Of a stretch of DNA of 64,000 nucleotides, positions 27,754 through 37,368 are shown in pieces. The DNA is from Deltaproteobacteria bacterium (GTDB lineage: Bacteria > Desulfobacterota > Binatia > UBA9968). The notes under the pieces are model-generated. The model saw only the letters and a list, made by a program, of their open reading frames with translations, was not told the DNA's origin and made no database searches. Each line of letters opens with the position of its first letter. The stretch's first letter is position 1. Where the stretch lies: positions 97-64,096 of the forward strand of contig JACPSE010000058.1 in NCBI GenBank assembly GCA_016193465.1, written 5' to 3'. Both the position numbers and the translations under genes were made by a program.

Positions 27754-28608
27754 CTACTGCAGAGCCTCGGCCATCTCCCCCCTCTTCTCCCGTCTCCGCT
27801 TACGGAGCGTTAGTCCCCATAACAGGGGCCCGGATAAAGTATACAGGAGAAAAGTGGTAAAAAACATAATCTGCGGCTCCGCAATGGTCAGTTTAATAAA
27901 AAGGATCGCAGAAACCAATAACCAAAAGGGATGCCTTTTTCTAAGATCGATCTGTTTCAGACTCAAATACTGGAAGCTGCTCACCATTAATCCGGCAAGG
28001 AGATAGATAACCACGAGCAGGATGACCCGTTTGTTGGCCGCCCCCTCGCCTCCAAGAAAATAATACATAAGGACTGTAGCTGCAATCATCTCTGCCGCGG
28101 CGGGAATGGGCAGTCCGACAAAGTGACTCTTTTCCACGGTCCGGATCTGCACATTGAACCGGGCAAGCCTCAGAGCGCCGCAAACCACGTAGAGACATGC
28201 TGCCAACCAACCCCAGGTCTCCCAAGGAACGAGCGCCCAATAATAAACCAAAACTGCCGGCGCCACTCCGAAGGACACCAGATCAGCTAACGAATCGAAC
28301 TCGACGCCGAACTGGCTGGTTGTCTTGGTCAGCCGGGCCACATAGCCGTCCAGGCCATCCAGGAGATGGGCCAGGATGACAAATATCGCCGCCTGGAGAT
28401 AGCGCCCGTTAAAGGTCGATATAACGGAGAAGAAACCGCAAATAAGATTCCCCGCGGTAAAGAGGCTAGGGATCAGATAGAAGCCCTTTTTCAATTGTGC
28501 CGACTGGACCCTTTGCTTGAGGGGAACTCGGGCCACCCCTTTTTTAGGGAGGAGCCGCACTTTCCCCATTGAGGGCCGCTCGCCTTGCGGGTCATTGATC
28601 CCGTTCAT
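27754..28608 (-). CDS. pssA: CDP-diacylglycerol--serine O-phosphatidyltransferase
   Basis: DGLDGYVAR..SQFGVEFDSLADLVSFGVAP, LRLARFN. Confidence 0.96.
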   Translation of the reverse strand: MNGINDPQGERPSMGKVRLLPKKGVARVPLKQRVQSAQLKKGFYLIPSLFTAGNLICGFFSVISTFNGRYLQAAIFVILAHLLDGLDGYVARLTKTTSQFGVEFDSLADLVSFGVAPAVLVYYWALVPWETWGWLAACLYVVCGALRLARFNVQIRTVEKSHFVGLPIPAAAEMIAATVLMYYFLGGEGAANKRVILLVVIYLLAGLMVSSFQYLSLKQIDLRKRHPFWLLVSAILFIKLTIAEPQIMFFTTFLLYTLSGPLLWGLTLRKRRREKRGEMAEALQ

Positions 28609-29234
28609 GGAAGCCTCCCTATAACCGTCTCACCTGCCTTTACCCTCTGTGCTTCAACGACGTCCACATGAGTTCCCGCGGGCAAAAAGAGGTCCACACG
28701 GGAGCCAAACATAATCAATCCGAATCTTTGCCCTTGCTCCAAAGCGTCCCCCTTTTTCACATAACAGATAATGCGCCGGGCCAGGACTCCGGCAATTTGC
28801 ACCACGCCCAACCTTCTTCCCCTCACATCCACAAGGCTCAGGGCATTCTTCTCATTGTCCTGGGATGCCTCTTCCTTATACGCGGCAAAAAAGCTGCCCT
28901 TCTGATAACGGACCTCTTCGACTTTACCACGGACAGGCGCGCGATTCACATGTACATCCAAAGGCGACAGAAAAATGCTGACCCTTGTTTCGGTCCCCTC
29001 AAAAGGTCCTCCTTTTTTCGCCGGCTTGATCCTGACTACCCTGCCGTCGGCAGGAGATAGGACCAGCCCTTCCCCCTGAGGGGCAACACGTTCCGGATCA
29101 CGGAAGAAACCCAAAAAGGCAAAGGCAAAAACGGCACATGCAAGAGCGACCCACTTCCACCCCAACATCAGAACAAGCAAAGCCAAAAAGGCCGCGGTTA
29201 GGATGAATGGGTAACCCTCTCTGGCAATTCTCAT
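28605..29234 (-). CDS. psd: phosphatidylserine decarboxylase proenzyme
   Basis: FFRDPER, SPADG, DVHVNRAP, FGSRVD. Confidence 0.96.
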   Translation of the reverse strand: MRIAREGYPFILTAAFLALLVLMLGWKWVALACAVFAFAFLGFFRDPERVAPQGEGLVLSPADGRVVRIKPAKKGGPFEGTETRVSIFLSPLDVHVNRAPVRGKVEEVRYQKGSFFAAYKEEASQDNEKNALSLVDVRGRRLGVVQIAGVLARRIICYVKKGDALEQGQRFGLIMFGSRVDLFLPAGTHVDVVEAQRVKAGETVIGRLP

Positions 29235-29241
29235 CTTAAAT

Positions 29242-29305
29242 AGGCTTGAGGCGGAAGGCGTGAGGCTTGAGAGACTGTTGCCTGTTGCCTACCGCCTCTC
29301 GCCTT
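29242..29305. repeat. palindrome of 7-mer repeats (AGGC / GCCT type)
   Basis: aggcttgaggcggaaggcgtgaggc...ttgcctgttgcctaccgcctctcgcct. Confidence 0.75.
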
Positions 29306-29308
29306 CTT

Positions 29309-30325
29309 CTAATTTTTACTCTTGTCCACCAGGCGGTTTTGCGCCAACCACGGCATCATCGCTCTGAGCCGCTCGCCGACCTTTTCAACCGGATGATTCG
29401 CCGCCTCTTTCCTGAGTTCCGTAAAATGGGGCATTCCTCAGTGGTACTCGTTGATCCACTCTTCAGCGAATTTTCCCGACTGGATATCCCTGAGCAGATC
29501 CTCCATCGCCTTGCGGACCTCCGGACCGATAACTCTTTTTCCCCGGGTAAGATCCCCGTATTCCGCGGTGTTGCTGATCGAATAACGCATATTAGTCAAA
29601 CCACCCTCATAGATGAGATCAACGATAAGTTTGACCTCGTGAACGCATTCGAAATAAGCCATCTCCGGGGGGTAACCCGCTGCCACCAGGGTTTCATAAC
29701 CCGCCTGGATGAGCGACGTAAGCCCCCCGCAAAGCACTGCCTGTTCCCCGAAGAGGTCCGTTTCGGTTTCATCCTTGAAGGTCGTTTCAATAACCGCAGC
29801 CCGAGTCCCGCCCAGGCCTTTGGCATAGGCCAGTCCTACCTGCCTGGTATCGCCCGAAGGGTCCTGGTGCACGGCCAGGAGGCAAGGCACGCCGCGCCCT
29901 TTTTCGAACTCGCTCCTCAATAGATGTCCTGGCCCCTTGGGAGCCACCATAAAGACATTCACCCCGGCAGGCGGAACGATCCGCTTGAAATGGATATTAA
30001 AACCGTGGCCGAAGGCGAGATAGTTTCCCTTCTTCAGCCCAGGGCCAATCTCTCTCTCGTAAGCTTCGCCTTGAAGCTCATCAGGGAGGAGAACCATAAT
30101 GATATCTCCGGCCTGAGCGGCCTCTGCCGTCTCCATCACCCTGAGCCCCGCCTTTTCCGCTTTGGGCCACGAACCGCTTCCCCGCCTCAACCCAACTACC
30201 ACATCCGTCCCGGAATCCCTCAGGTTATTGGCATGGGCATGTCCTTGGCTCCCGTACCCAAGGACAGCTACTTTTTTTCCTTGAAGAAATTTCAAATCCG
30301 CGTCACGGTCGTAGTAGACCTGCAT
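29309..30325 (-). CDS. ilvC: ketol-acid reductoisomerase (class I) with in-frame TGA at codon 296 (29438-29440)
   Basis: [34 protein letters not shown]. After the TGA the frame continues [42 protein letters not shown], the conserved KARI C-terminus, giving 338 aa. Confidence 0.93.
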
Positions 30326-30353
30326 CGAACATCTCCTTCGCTGATAGAATGAT

Positions 30354-30383
30354 AGAATATCTTTTAAGGACCTGTTGTGTCAA
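30354..30383 (-). promoter_or_regulatory. sigma70-like promoter for ilvC, TTGACA-N18-TATTCT
   Basis: Hexamers upstream of the AAGGAG RBS of ilvC. Confidence 0.5.
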
Positions 30384-30448
30384 CCCAGGTTCCCGCTCTC
30401 AGCGACCGTAGAGCCGCTTGATGAACCCCTGTGATCAATGGGGAAAAG

Positions 30449-30844
30449 TTACTGCGCGACTCGCCCGACCATCCATGGTTTTAGCGGAGCATAGTTGACC
30501 CGCTTGTTTTGAGTGTTTTGGTCGTGCGCCGCCACGCGGAGAATCTCTAACGGCTCATCGCTCGCGCTTTCGAACCAGTACTTGTAGCCGCGCGGGATCA
30601 TGATGCCCTGATTCTTCGTAAGCTCCGCAATAACCTTGTCGCCTTCACCGTAGAACCTCACTGCACCACCGATGACCCACCAAAGTGCATCATCGCCAGT
30701 GTGTGTGTGAAGATTATTCTCGCCACCTTTGTTGACAACCTGGATTCCTGCCTTCAAGATGTCGCTCTTGCAGACGAAGATTCCCTTCTTCTCGCCGTTG
30801 AACTCCGGCTTTTCATACTTGAAGATCTGTACTTCTTGATCCAC
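30449..30844 (-). CDS. cupin domain protein
   Basis: GGENNLHTHTGDDALWWVIGG..IPRGYKYWFES; GTG start with AGGAGG RBS. Confidence 0.85.
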   Translation of the reverse strand: MDQEVQIFKYEKPEFNGEKKGIFVCKSDILKAGIQVVNKGGENNLHTHTGDDALWWVIGGAVRFYGEGDKVIAELTKNQGIMIPRGYKYWFESASDEPLEILRVAAHDQNTQNKRVNYAPLKPWMVGRVAQ

Positions 30845-31062
30845 GTTCGATCCCTCCTTTGAAAATATTTTTACTGGCTTTAGCCCAACAACATGACCCA
30901 CCGACCCGAGACAGCCAGATTTACCGTATCAACGACCCTGCTGTCAAATTCTCAACAGTCTCGGCTTTTCATTCCCTTGACCCCGCCTTCTGAAGTGACG
31001 TATATTCCCGGCCAATCCCTGTATGTTGCTGCTTTAAGACCAGCGCAAAAGGAGGCTTCCTT

Positions 31063-32286
31063 ATGCTGACAGGCAAGACGCAGCGCAATCCGCGATCTTA
31101 CCGTATTGTAGGCCCTCAGCGACAGATCGACGAGCGTGAGACCCCTCACCCTCGTGTCGACCGTGGCGAATTAGGAGAGCGGATTCGTTCCTGGCGCAAG
31201 ACCCGATTCGGCGAGGATCCTTTCAGGCGTATCTACGGTGGCGGTGGTGATAAGAGCTGGAACAGTTTGTACCACATTATGAAAGATGTGCCAGAAGGGG
31301 GAGTAAATCCTAATCGGATACCTGTCTCCGACCCCGCCAAGATGGCCTGCAACATCAAAGAGATCGCCCGCTTCCTCGGCGCCGATGTGGTGGGGATTAC
31401 ATATCTCGATCAAGCTTATGTCTATTCCCACCGCGCCGAAGGCAATGCCGCTACGGGGAAAAAGCCCGGAGACCCCATTCACCTGCCCCATCGCTATGCC
31501 ATCTGTCTGGGTTTCGCCAGTGATTACTACAAGTTTCTCAGCAATAACAGTCGGATTTCAGACGCTGAGTACGGGCTGGGCAATATTCACACGATCCCAA
31601 CCACTTTCATGCTGGCCAGCTACATCCGCGAGATGGGGTACCCTGCGCGTGCTCAGTATTACGGGACCTACGAGTTGAATCCCATACCTCTGGCGGTGAA
31701 TGCCGGGCTAGGGGAGCTGGGGCGTCACGGGATGCTCATCCATGAGGAGTACGGCTCCCGGCTGCACCTGGCTGTAGTGACGACCGATCTCCCACTGGCG
31801 GTTGACGAGCCTGTGGATATTGGAGTCGAGGAAGTCTGCAAGTATTGCATGAAGTGTGCCCGCACCTGTCCCTCGCACAGCATTCCTTTCGGAGGCAAGG
31901 AGGTCTACAACGGCGTCGAGAAGTACCTTGTCAACGTGGACACCTGCTACAAGTACCGGCTGGCATCGAGGGGTCAGTGGTCCAATTGTGTTATTTGTGT
32001 CTCCTCGTGCTGTTACAACAAGCCTAAGGCATGGTGGCACACACTGGCCTGTTGGGCGATCAAGTGGACGCCGATCCCATTACGCCCGCTCCTTATTGTC
32101 CCTTTGCTTTGGATTGACGATCTTTTTTGGGGGAAGCGGCCCTGGAAACATATGAAGTGGCTGGACTACGACAATGCCCCTATGCCCGTGACCTGTAACA
32201 TACCCGGCTGCCAGGCGAAGCACGCCAACCTGCAGCATAAGCGGCTCCATGTTACCAAGCCGGCAGTTGGAGGGGCAGTAAGCTGA
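31063..32286 (+). CDS. reductive dehalogenase domain protein (cobalamin plus two Fe-S motifs), no Tat signal
   Basis: IKEIARFLGADVVGI, PLAVNAGLGELGRHG, TTDLPL, CxxCxxCxxxCP and C-x12-CxxCxxxC; AGGAGG RBS. Confidence 0.85.
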   Translation: MLTGKTQRNPRSYRIVGPQRQIDERETPHPRVDRGELGERIRSWRKTRFGEDPFRRIYGGGGDKSWNSLYHIMKDVPEGGVNPNRIPVSDPAKMACNIKEIARFLGADVVGITYLDQAYVYSHRAEGNAATGKKPGDPIHLPHRYAICLGFASDYYKFLSNNSRISDAEYGLGNIHTIPTTFMLASYIREMGYPARAQYYGTYELNPIPLAVNAGLGELGRHGMLIHEEYGSRLHLAVVTTDLPLAVDEPVDIGVEEVCKYCMKCARTCPSHSIPFGGKEVYNGVEKYLVNVDTCYKYRLASRGQWSNCVICVSSCCYNKPKAWWHTLACWAIKWTPIPLRPLLIVPLLWIDDLFWGKRPWKHMKWLDYDNAPMPVTCNIPGCQAKHANLQHKRLHVTKPAVGGAVS

Positions 32287-32290
32287 GGCT

Positions 32291-33373
32291 GTGCTATTTA
32301 CGGAGATGATCATGATAAAGCGTATTCTCATCACCCCCATAACTCTTTTCCTTTCCCTTTGTCTTGTACCGAGCGTATGGTTTGTCCCCAGCATTCAGGC
32401 GCAGACCGAGCCTTTCTATAGGGGTAAGACTATCCGGATCATTGTTGGCACCACGTCTGGGGGTCAATACGATCGCTGGGCTCGGCTGTTGAGCCAGCAG
32501 ATGCCCAAGTATATCCCTGGAAACCCGGATATGATTGTGCAGAACATGCCAGGCGCTGGTTCCTTAGTCGCCGCAAACTATGTTTACGGAGTGGCCAAAC
32601 CCGACGGATTGACCCTTGGCATGTTCACCTATTACATCTACATGGATCAGCTCTTGGGCCACAAAGAAGTCCGGTTTGATTTGCGCAGATTCAACTGGAT
32701 CGGGTCGCAGGAGAAAAGCCAAATGATACTCTTGGTGCGAGCTGACTCCCCGTATAAGTCCATCGAAGATATCCTTAAGGCCAAGGAACCACCAAAGTGT
32801 GGTGCCACGGGTAGTAGCGACTCAAGCTATGTCTTGGCTAAACTCCTGGAGGAGAGTCTGGGGGCAAAGTTTCAAATGGTCACTGGCTATCAGGGGGGAA
32901 ATGAGATGGACCTAGCTTTAGAAAGGGGAGAGGTTGTTTGCCGGGGAACGAGACCTAGCGTTTATTTTGGCCGAGAGCCTTTTACCACGTGGCACAAAAA
33001 GGGCTTTATCCGGCCGCTTGTTCAAACTGGGCGTAAACGAGATCCGCGACTGGTCGATGTTCCTACAATCTATGAGATCATGGACAAGTATAAGGCTTCC
33101 CAGGTGAGCCGCCGTGTGGTTGAGGTCATAATGGCAGGTGATGAGTATGGTCGCCCCATGGTGGCCCCGCCTGGAGTTCCCATGGAAAGGGTGAGGATGC
33201 TACGCGAGGCCTATGATAAGAGCTTGAAGGACCCTGGTCTGATAGCCCAGGTCCAAAAGTCGCAGATGCAGGTGGAACCATCTACAGGTGATGAGCTCCA
33301 GATCCTGACACAAAGAGCCCTCGATCAACCTGCAGAGGTCATTGAGCGGCTTAAAACGCTCTTCGGGCAATAA
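32291..33373 (+). CDS. tripartite tricarboxylate transporter substrate-binding protein (Bug/TctC)
   Basis: PFYRGKTIRIIVG..GGQYD, VQNMPGAGS, PDGLT, GYQGG, ERGEV. Confidence 0.92.
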   Translation: MLFTEMIMIKRILITPITLFLSLCLVPSVWFVPSIQAQTEPFYRGKTIRIIVGTTSGGQYDRWARLLSQQMPKYIPGNPDMIVQNMPGAGSLVAANYVYGVAKPDGLTLGMFTYYIYMDQLLGHKEVRFDLRRFNWIGSQEKSQMILLVRADSPYKSIEDILKAKEPPKCGATGSSDSSYVLAKLLEESLGAKFQMVTGYQGGNEMDLALERGEVVCRGTRPSVYFGREPFTTWHKKGFIRPLVQTGRKRDPRLVDVPTIYEIMDKYKASQVSRRVVEVIMAGDEYGRPMVAPPGVPMERVRMLREAYDKSLKDPGLIAQVQKSQMQVEPSTGDELQILTQRALDQPAEVIERLKTLFGQ

Positions 33374-33692
33374 AGCCTCTACCGATGGGTTTTGGCATGT
33401 TGGCAAATGTTGTTGGTTCTCTCGCTACGGAACGGAAATCCTAAGCGGCAAAGCCCGAGTCTTCATGGAGCTCCCAAGAAACATCGCCAGCCGGACTCAG
33501 CGTGAAGGGCAGAGACTTCTGCATCGTTGGGGCGTATTCCTGCCAGGTCCCTTCTAGTATCTCGGTCGTCGGTGATCTCGCCGTACTTCGCAAAAACGCG
33601 CTTGCTGCGTGTTTCATTCTGCATCCGCTCCACGGTTGGCGCCGCCAAAGAGGCCTTGCGCAAGCTCTCTGAAAGATGTAAGAATTGTCAAT

Positions 33693-33932
33693 ATGAAAAC
33701 TATTGCGATTACTATTGAGAACGATACTCTGGAGTCTATTGACGAGTTTGCCAGGAAATCTCCGCGACGCGGTGGCAGTCGCTCCGGAATCATCCGGATG
33801 GCTATCAGGGAGTTCCTGACAAAACAACGGCAGCGGGACCGGGAGGCCCAAGAGCGGGAGATCTTCAAGAGGCACCGCAAGCGGTTGGAACGACAGGCCC
33901 GTGCCCTTATCTCCGAGCAGGCTAAGCCATGA
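33693..33932 (+). CDS. ribbon-helix-helix antitoxin (CopG-like)
   Basis: MKTIAITIE..SRSGIIRMAIREFL; overlaps the downstream toxin start. Confidence 0.82.
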   Translation: MKTIAITIENDTLESIDEFARKSPRRGGSRSGIIRMAIREFLTKQRQRDREAQEREIFKRHRKRLERQARALISEQAKP

Positions 33933-34285
33933 CGCGGGGCGAGATCTATCGTACCAAGGAACGGATAGCGGAGCGTGGAGATAAACCCGGTTTCTATGTG
34001 GTGGTATCACGTTGCTTCATCGCTGCTAATGATGACGTTTCAACAGTTATTTGCGCCCCGGTCTACGGCGACGTTCTGGGTTTAAACAGTGAGGTGATTC
34101 TGGGGCTTGATGAAGGGCTGCCACGGACGTGTGCGATTCGGTGCGACTTCCTAATGCTTATGTTTAAACGGAAACTCACTCGCTTTGTCAGTACCCTTCC
34201 CCAAGCTAAAATTCTGGAGCTAAATCGCGCCCTCGCTTATGCCCTGGAGTTGGGTGAACTTACCACCAGAGGCTACGTCAGATAA
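33929..34285 (+). CDS. PemK/MazF-family toxin
   Basis: MTRGEIY, VVVSR, VICAP, LNRALAYAL. Confidence 0.85.
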   Translation: MTRGEIYRTKERIAERGDKPGFYVVVSRCFIAANDDVSTVICAPVYGDVLGLNSEVILGLDEGLPRTCAIRCDFLMLMFKRKLTRFVSTLPQAKILELNRALAYALELGELTTRGYVR

Positions 34286-34624
34286 AGTCGCCTTATCAGG
34301 GCACTACTCTGACTGTATCTCTTCCCCTTATTGGCGTCCCGTCAGAGGTCTTTCCGTCCATTGCGTTGAAGAAGTCAGGGAAACACTCGCGGGAATGAGA
34401 AAATGACTGGGACGGGAGTCGATCTTAAGATTCCGGGAGGGTGACGTTCAGCGTCTCAGCGTCGACTGTCCAAAATCCTTTCTCATCCTTATACTAGGGC
34501 GAAAAGCAGCCCTCTCAGAGGATTCATGCCTCTGGATGAGGCCCTTCTTCAGAAGCCCGTAGAAATCCATTCCAGATTCGTGGAGGACGTCTGCCTTGAC
34601 ATTCTTGGCTGGGAATTTACCGGC

Positions 34625-35140
34625 TCAGGCCTTGGCCGTTTGCTGCTCTCGCCGGGACGGGAGTTTGGCCTCGCGCGGAATAGCGATGCGCCCGGTGCGG
34701 ATAAGTTCCTTGATCCCGAGCGGTTTCAGCATATTGATCAGAGCCTCAACCTTGTCCACATCACCCGTCACCTCTATCGTATAGGTGGCAGGGGAAGAAT
34801 CAACGATTTTGGCTCGGAAAATATCCGCGATCCGTATAGCCTCGTCCCGGTGGTCCGGTCTGGTGTGAACTTTGATCAAGGCGGTTTCCCGGTCCAGGTA
34901 ACTCGTCTCCGTCATGTCTACAACCTTGAGCACCTCGACCACCTTGTTCAGTTGTTTCATGATCTGTTCAATGACCCGTTCATCGCCTCCCGTCACAATC
35001 GTGATCATAGAGGTCGTCGGATCCAGGGTGGGAGCTACGGAGAGGCTTTCAATATTATAGCCCCGGGCGCTGAACAGGCCAGCGACCCTGGCCAGCACGC
35101 CAAACTTATTTTCTACTAGGACCGATATGATTCGTTCCAT
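34625..35140 (-). CDS. ilvN: acetolactate synthase small subunit
   Basis: ISVLVENKFGVLARVAGLFSARGYNIESL, KQLNK, RTG. Confidence 0.97.
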   Translation of the reverse strand: MERIISVLVENKFGVLARVAGLFSARGYNIESLSVAPTLDPTTSMITIVTGGDERVIEQIMKQLNKVVEVLKVVDMTETSYLDRETALIKVHTRPDHRDEAIRIADIFRAKIVDSSPATYTIEVTGDVDKVEALINMLKPLGIKELIRTGRIAIPREAKLPSRREQQTAKA

Positions 35141-35150
35141 CTGTGATGGT

Positions 35151-35241
35151 TACTCGTTAATCGTTATTAGTTATTCGTTCAATCGTGGAGTGTAGTGCCA
35201 TTGACCCGAATATACGAGTCAACGATTCACGAATAACGAGT
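35151..35241. repeat. palindrome of 7-mer repeats (TCGTTA / AACGA type)
   Basis: actcgttaatcgttattagttattcgtt...acgagtcaacgattcacgaataacgagt. Confidence 0.7.
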
Positions 35242-35242
35242 C

Positions 35243-37021
35243 TTAGGCTGGAAGAACGCCTTCCCCTTCCTCGGCTTTTTTCTTCGCCGCCCCGCTCCTT
35301 TGCGTCCTTCTGAGCTCCGGAGGATCTTCCAGCACCATTTCATGTTGCGCCCCACCGGCCGGAATCATAGGATAGCAGTTCTCAAACGGATCCACATGAA
35401 AGTCCATCAGGACGGGCCCTTTGTGCTTGAACCCCTCGCGGAGCACCGGCTCCACCTCCGCAGGCTTTAGAGCTCTCAAGCCGTAGATTCCATAGGCATC
35501 GGCCAGCTTGACAAAATCGGGGATCTTTCCGAGGTGGCTCGAGGCGTAGCGCCCCTCGTAAAAGAGATCCTGCCACTGCCGCACCATTCCGTGAAACCCG
35601 TTATTGAGCAAAACGATCTTGACCGGCAGCTTGTGTCCGGCCGCCGTGGCCAGTTCCTGCAGGTTCATTTGAAAACTCCCCTCGCTGGTAATGCACATAA
35701 CCAGCCTGTCAGGATAGGCCTTCTGCGCGCCCAGCGCCGCCGGGAGACCGAATCCCATCGTTCCCAGCCCCCCAGAAGTGATAAAAGTCCGCGGCCTGGT
35801 TCCTTTGAAGTACTGGGCAGCCCACATCTGGTGCTGGCCCACATCCGTCGCCACGATTCCTTCGTGCTTGGTGATTTCAAACAGCTTATCGATCACATAC
35901 TGTGGTTTGGTTATCTTATCGTCCTGGTGGTAGCGCAGCGGATGGGCTCGTTTCCACTCCTCAATTTGGTTCCGCCACGGCCGGCGCCGCTCCTTCAGAT
36001 CCTTCTGGTTACCATCCATCGACCGTAAAAGAACATTCATCTGGCGCAAAACGGCTTTCACATCGCCGACGATGGGAATATGGGCAAGGACGTTTTTCTT
36101 AATGGAAGTGGGGTCGATGTCGATATGAATCACCCGCGCCTCGGGACAGAAATCAGAGAGCTTCCCGGTCACCCGGTCATCAAACCGCGCCCCCACGGCT
36201 ATCAAAAGATCGGCATGGTGCATGGCCATATTGCTACAGTAGCTCCCATGCATGCCTAACATGCCCATCGAAAGGGGATGAGTGCCAGGAAAACTCCCCA
36301 GCCCCATCAGCGTCATGTTGACGGGGATTTGGGTAATCTCGGCCAACTCAAGGATTTCATCAGCCGCGTCCGAGAAGAGAGCCCCTCCACCCACGTAGAT
36401 CACGGGCTTTTGAGCCTTCATGATCTCGTCGGCCGCCTGCTTGATCTGGTGCTTGTTCCCTTCGTACGTCGGGTTATAACCGCGCAAGTTCACTTTCTCC
36501 GGATACTTGAATTCTGCCTTATCCGTGGTCACATCCTTGGGAATGTCCACCAGCACGGGTCCCGGCCTGCCAGTCGTGGCGATGTAGAAAGCCTCCTTGA
36601 TCGTCCGCGCCAAGTCGTTCACATCCTTCACCAAAACGTTGTGCTTGGTGCAGGGACGGCTGATCCCCACGTTATCGGCCTCCTGAAATGCGTCGTTCCC
36701 GATCAGGTTAGTGGAGACTTGCCCGGTGAACGCGACCAGAGGGATTGAATCCATATAGGCATCCGCCAGACCGGTTACAATATTCGTCATCCCAGGACCG
36801 GAAGTGACGAGCACCACGCCCGCTTTGCCGGTAGCCTTGGCATATCCCTCGGCCATATGCGCGGCGCCCTGCTCATGGCGAGTCAAAACCACTTCGACAT
36901 CCTTCTGCTGGTGCAAAACGTCGAAAAGCTTGAGAACCACTCCACCAGGGATTCCGAATATAACCTTGACCCTTTCCTCTTTGAGGCACTCGACGAATAT
37001 TTCCGCTCCGGTCTTTTTCAT
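35243..37021 (-). CDS. ilvB: acetolactate synthase large subunit
   Basis: RHEQGA, TSGPG, DAFQE, GMLGMHG, DVGQHQMW, SGGLGTMG, GMVRQWQ. Confidence 0.97.
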   Translation of the reverse strand: MKKTGAEIFVECLKEERVKVIFGIPGGVVLKLFDVLHQQKDVEVVLTRHEQGAAHMAEGYAKATGKAGVVLVTSGPGMTNIVTGLADAYMDSIPLVAFTGQVSTNLIGNDAFQEADNVGISRPCTKHNVLVKDVNDLARTIKEAFYIATTGRPGPVLVDIPKDVTTDKAEFKYPEKVNLRGYNPTYEGNKHQIKQAADEIMKAQKPVIYVGGGALFSDAADEILELAEITQIPVNMTLMGLGSFPGTHPLSMGMLGMHGSYCSNMAMHHADLLIAVGARFDDRVTGKLSDFCPEARVIHIDIDPTSIKKNVLAHIPIVGDVKAVLRQMNVLLRSMDGNQKDLKERRRPWRNQIEEWKRAHPLRYHQDDKITKPQYVIDKLFEITKHEGIVATDVGQHQMWAAQYFKGTRPRTFITSGGLGTMGFGLPAALGAQKAYPDRLVMCITSEGSFQMNLQELATAAGHKLPVKIVLLNNGFHGMVRQWQDLFYEGRYASSHLGKIPDFVKLADAYGIYGLRALKPAEVEPVLREGFKHKGPVLMDFHVDPFENCYPMIPAGGAQHEMVLEDPPELRRTQRSGAAKKKAEEGEGVLPA

Positions 37022-37263
37022 GAGGTCTCCCTTTGAACGCCAGGCTGCCGGTATTTCCCTAGGATCTCCATGATCTTGTCTTTTCCCGCAAGCTTGAGCT
37101 TCTGAAGCCTTTTTTTCTCTACCTCTTCTGCCGGAGTCAGATGGGATTTGTGCTGGTATGCCAGAAGTTTCTTCTCTAGCTCTTGGTGCTCTTCATAATA
37201 TCTTCTAAGTTCCGGATCCCTATCTAAAAGAGAGACGATAAACTCTTCCTCTCTCCTCTCCAT
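37018..37263 (-). CDS. DUF465/YdcH-like coiled-coil protein
   Basis: EEHQELE..HLTPAEEVE..LQKLKLAGKD. Confidence 0.8.
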   Translation of the reverse strand: MERREEEFIVSLLDRDPELRRYYEEHQELEKKLLAYQHKSHLTPAEEVEKKRLQKLKLAGKDKIMEILGKYRQPGVQRETS

Positions 37264-37303
37264 AAGAGAGCCTCCTTATTTCTTTTTGTCCTTAGGGGTT
37301 GTT

Positions 37304-37332
37304 AATTTATCCTACGGTGTCTTCTTTGTCAA
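37304..37332 (-). promoter_or_regulatory. sigma70-like promoter TTGACA-N17-TAAATT for the DUF465-ilvBN unit
   Basis: Consensus -35 with 17 nt spacing, upstream of an AAGGAGG RBS. Confidence 0.55.
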
Positions 37333-37368
37333 CGCAACAATAAAAATCCGTTATAAAAGGCTGTTTTG

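Noticed and set aside
31063-32286. Epoxyqueuosine reductase QueG
   Set aside because: It lacks the QueG RYAxGRDYH and GCDxCQ motifs and fits the RdhA-type layout better.
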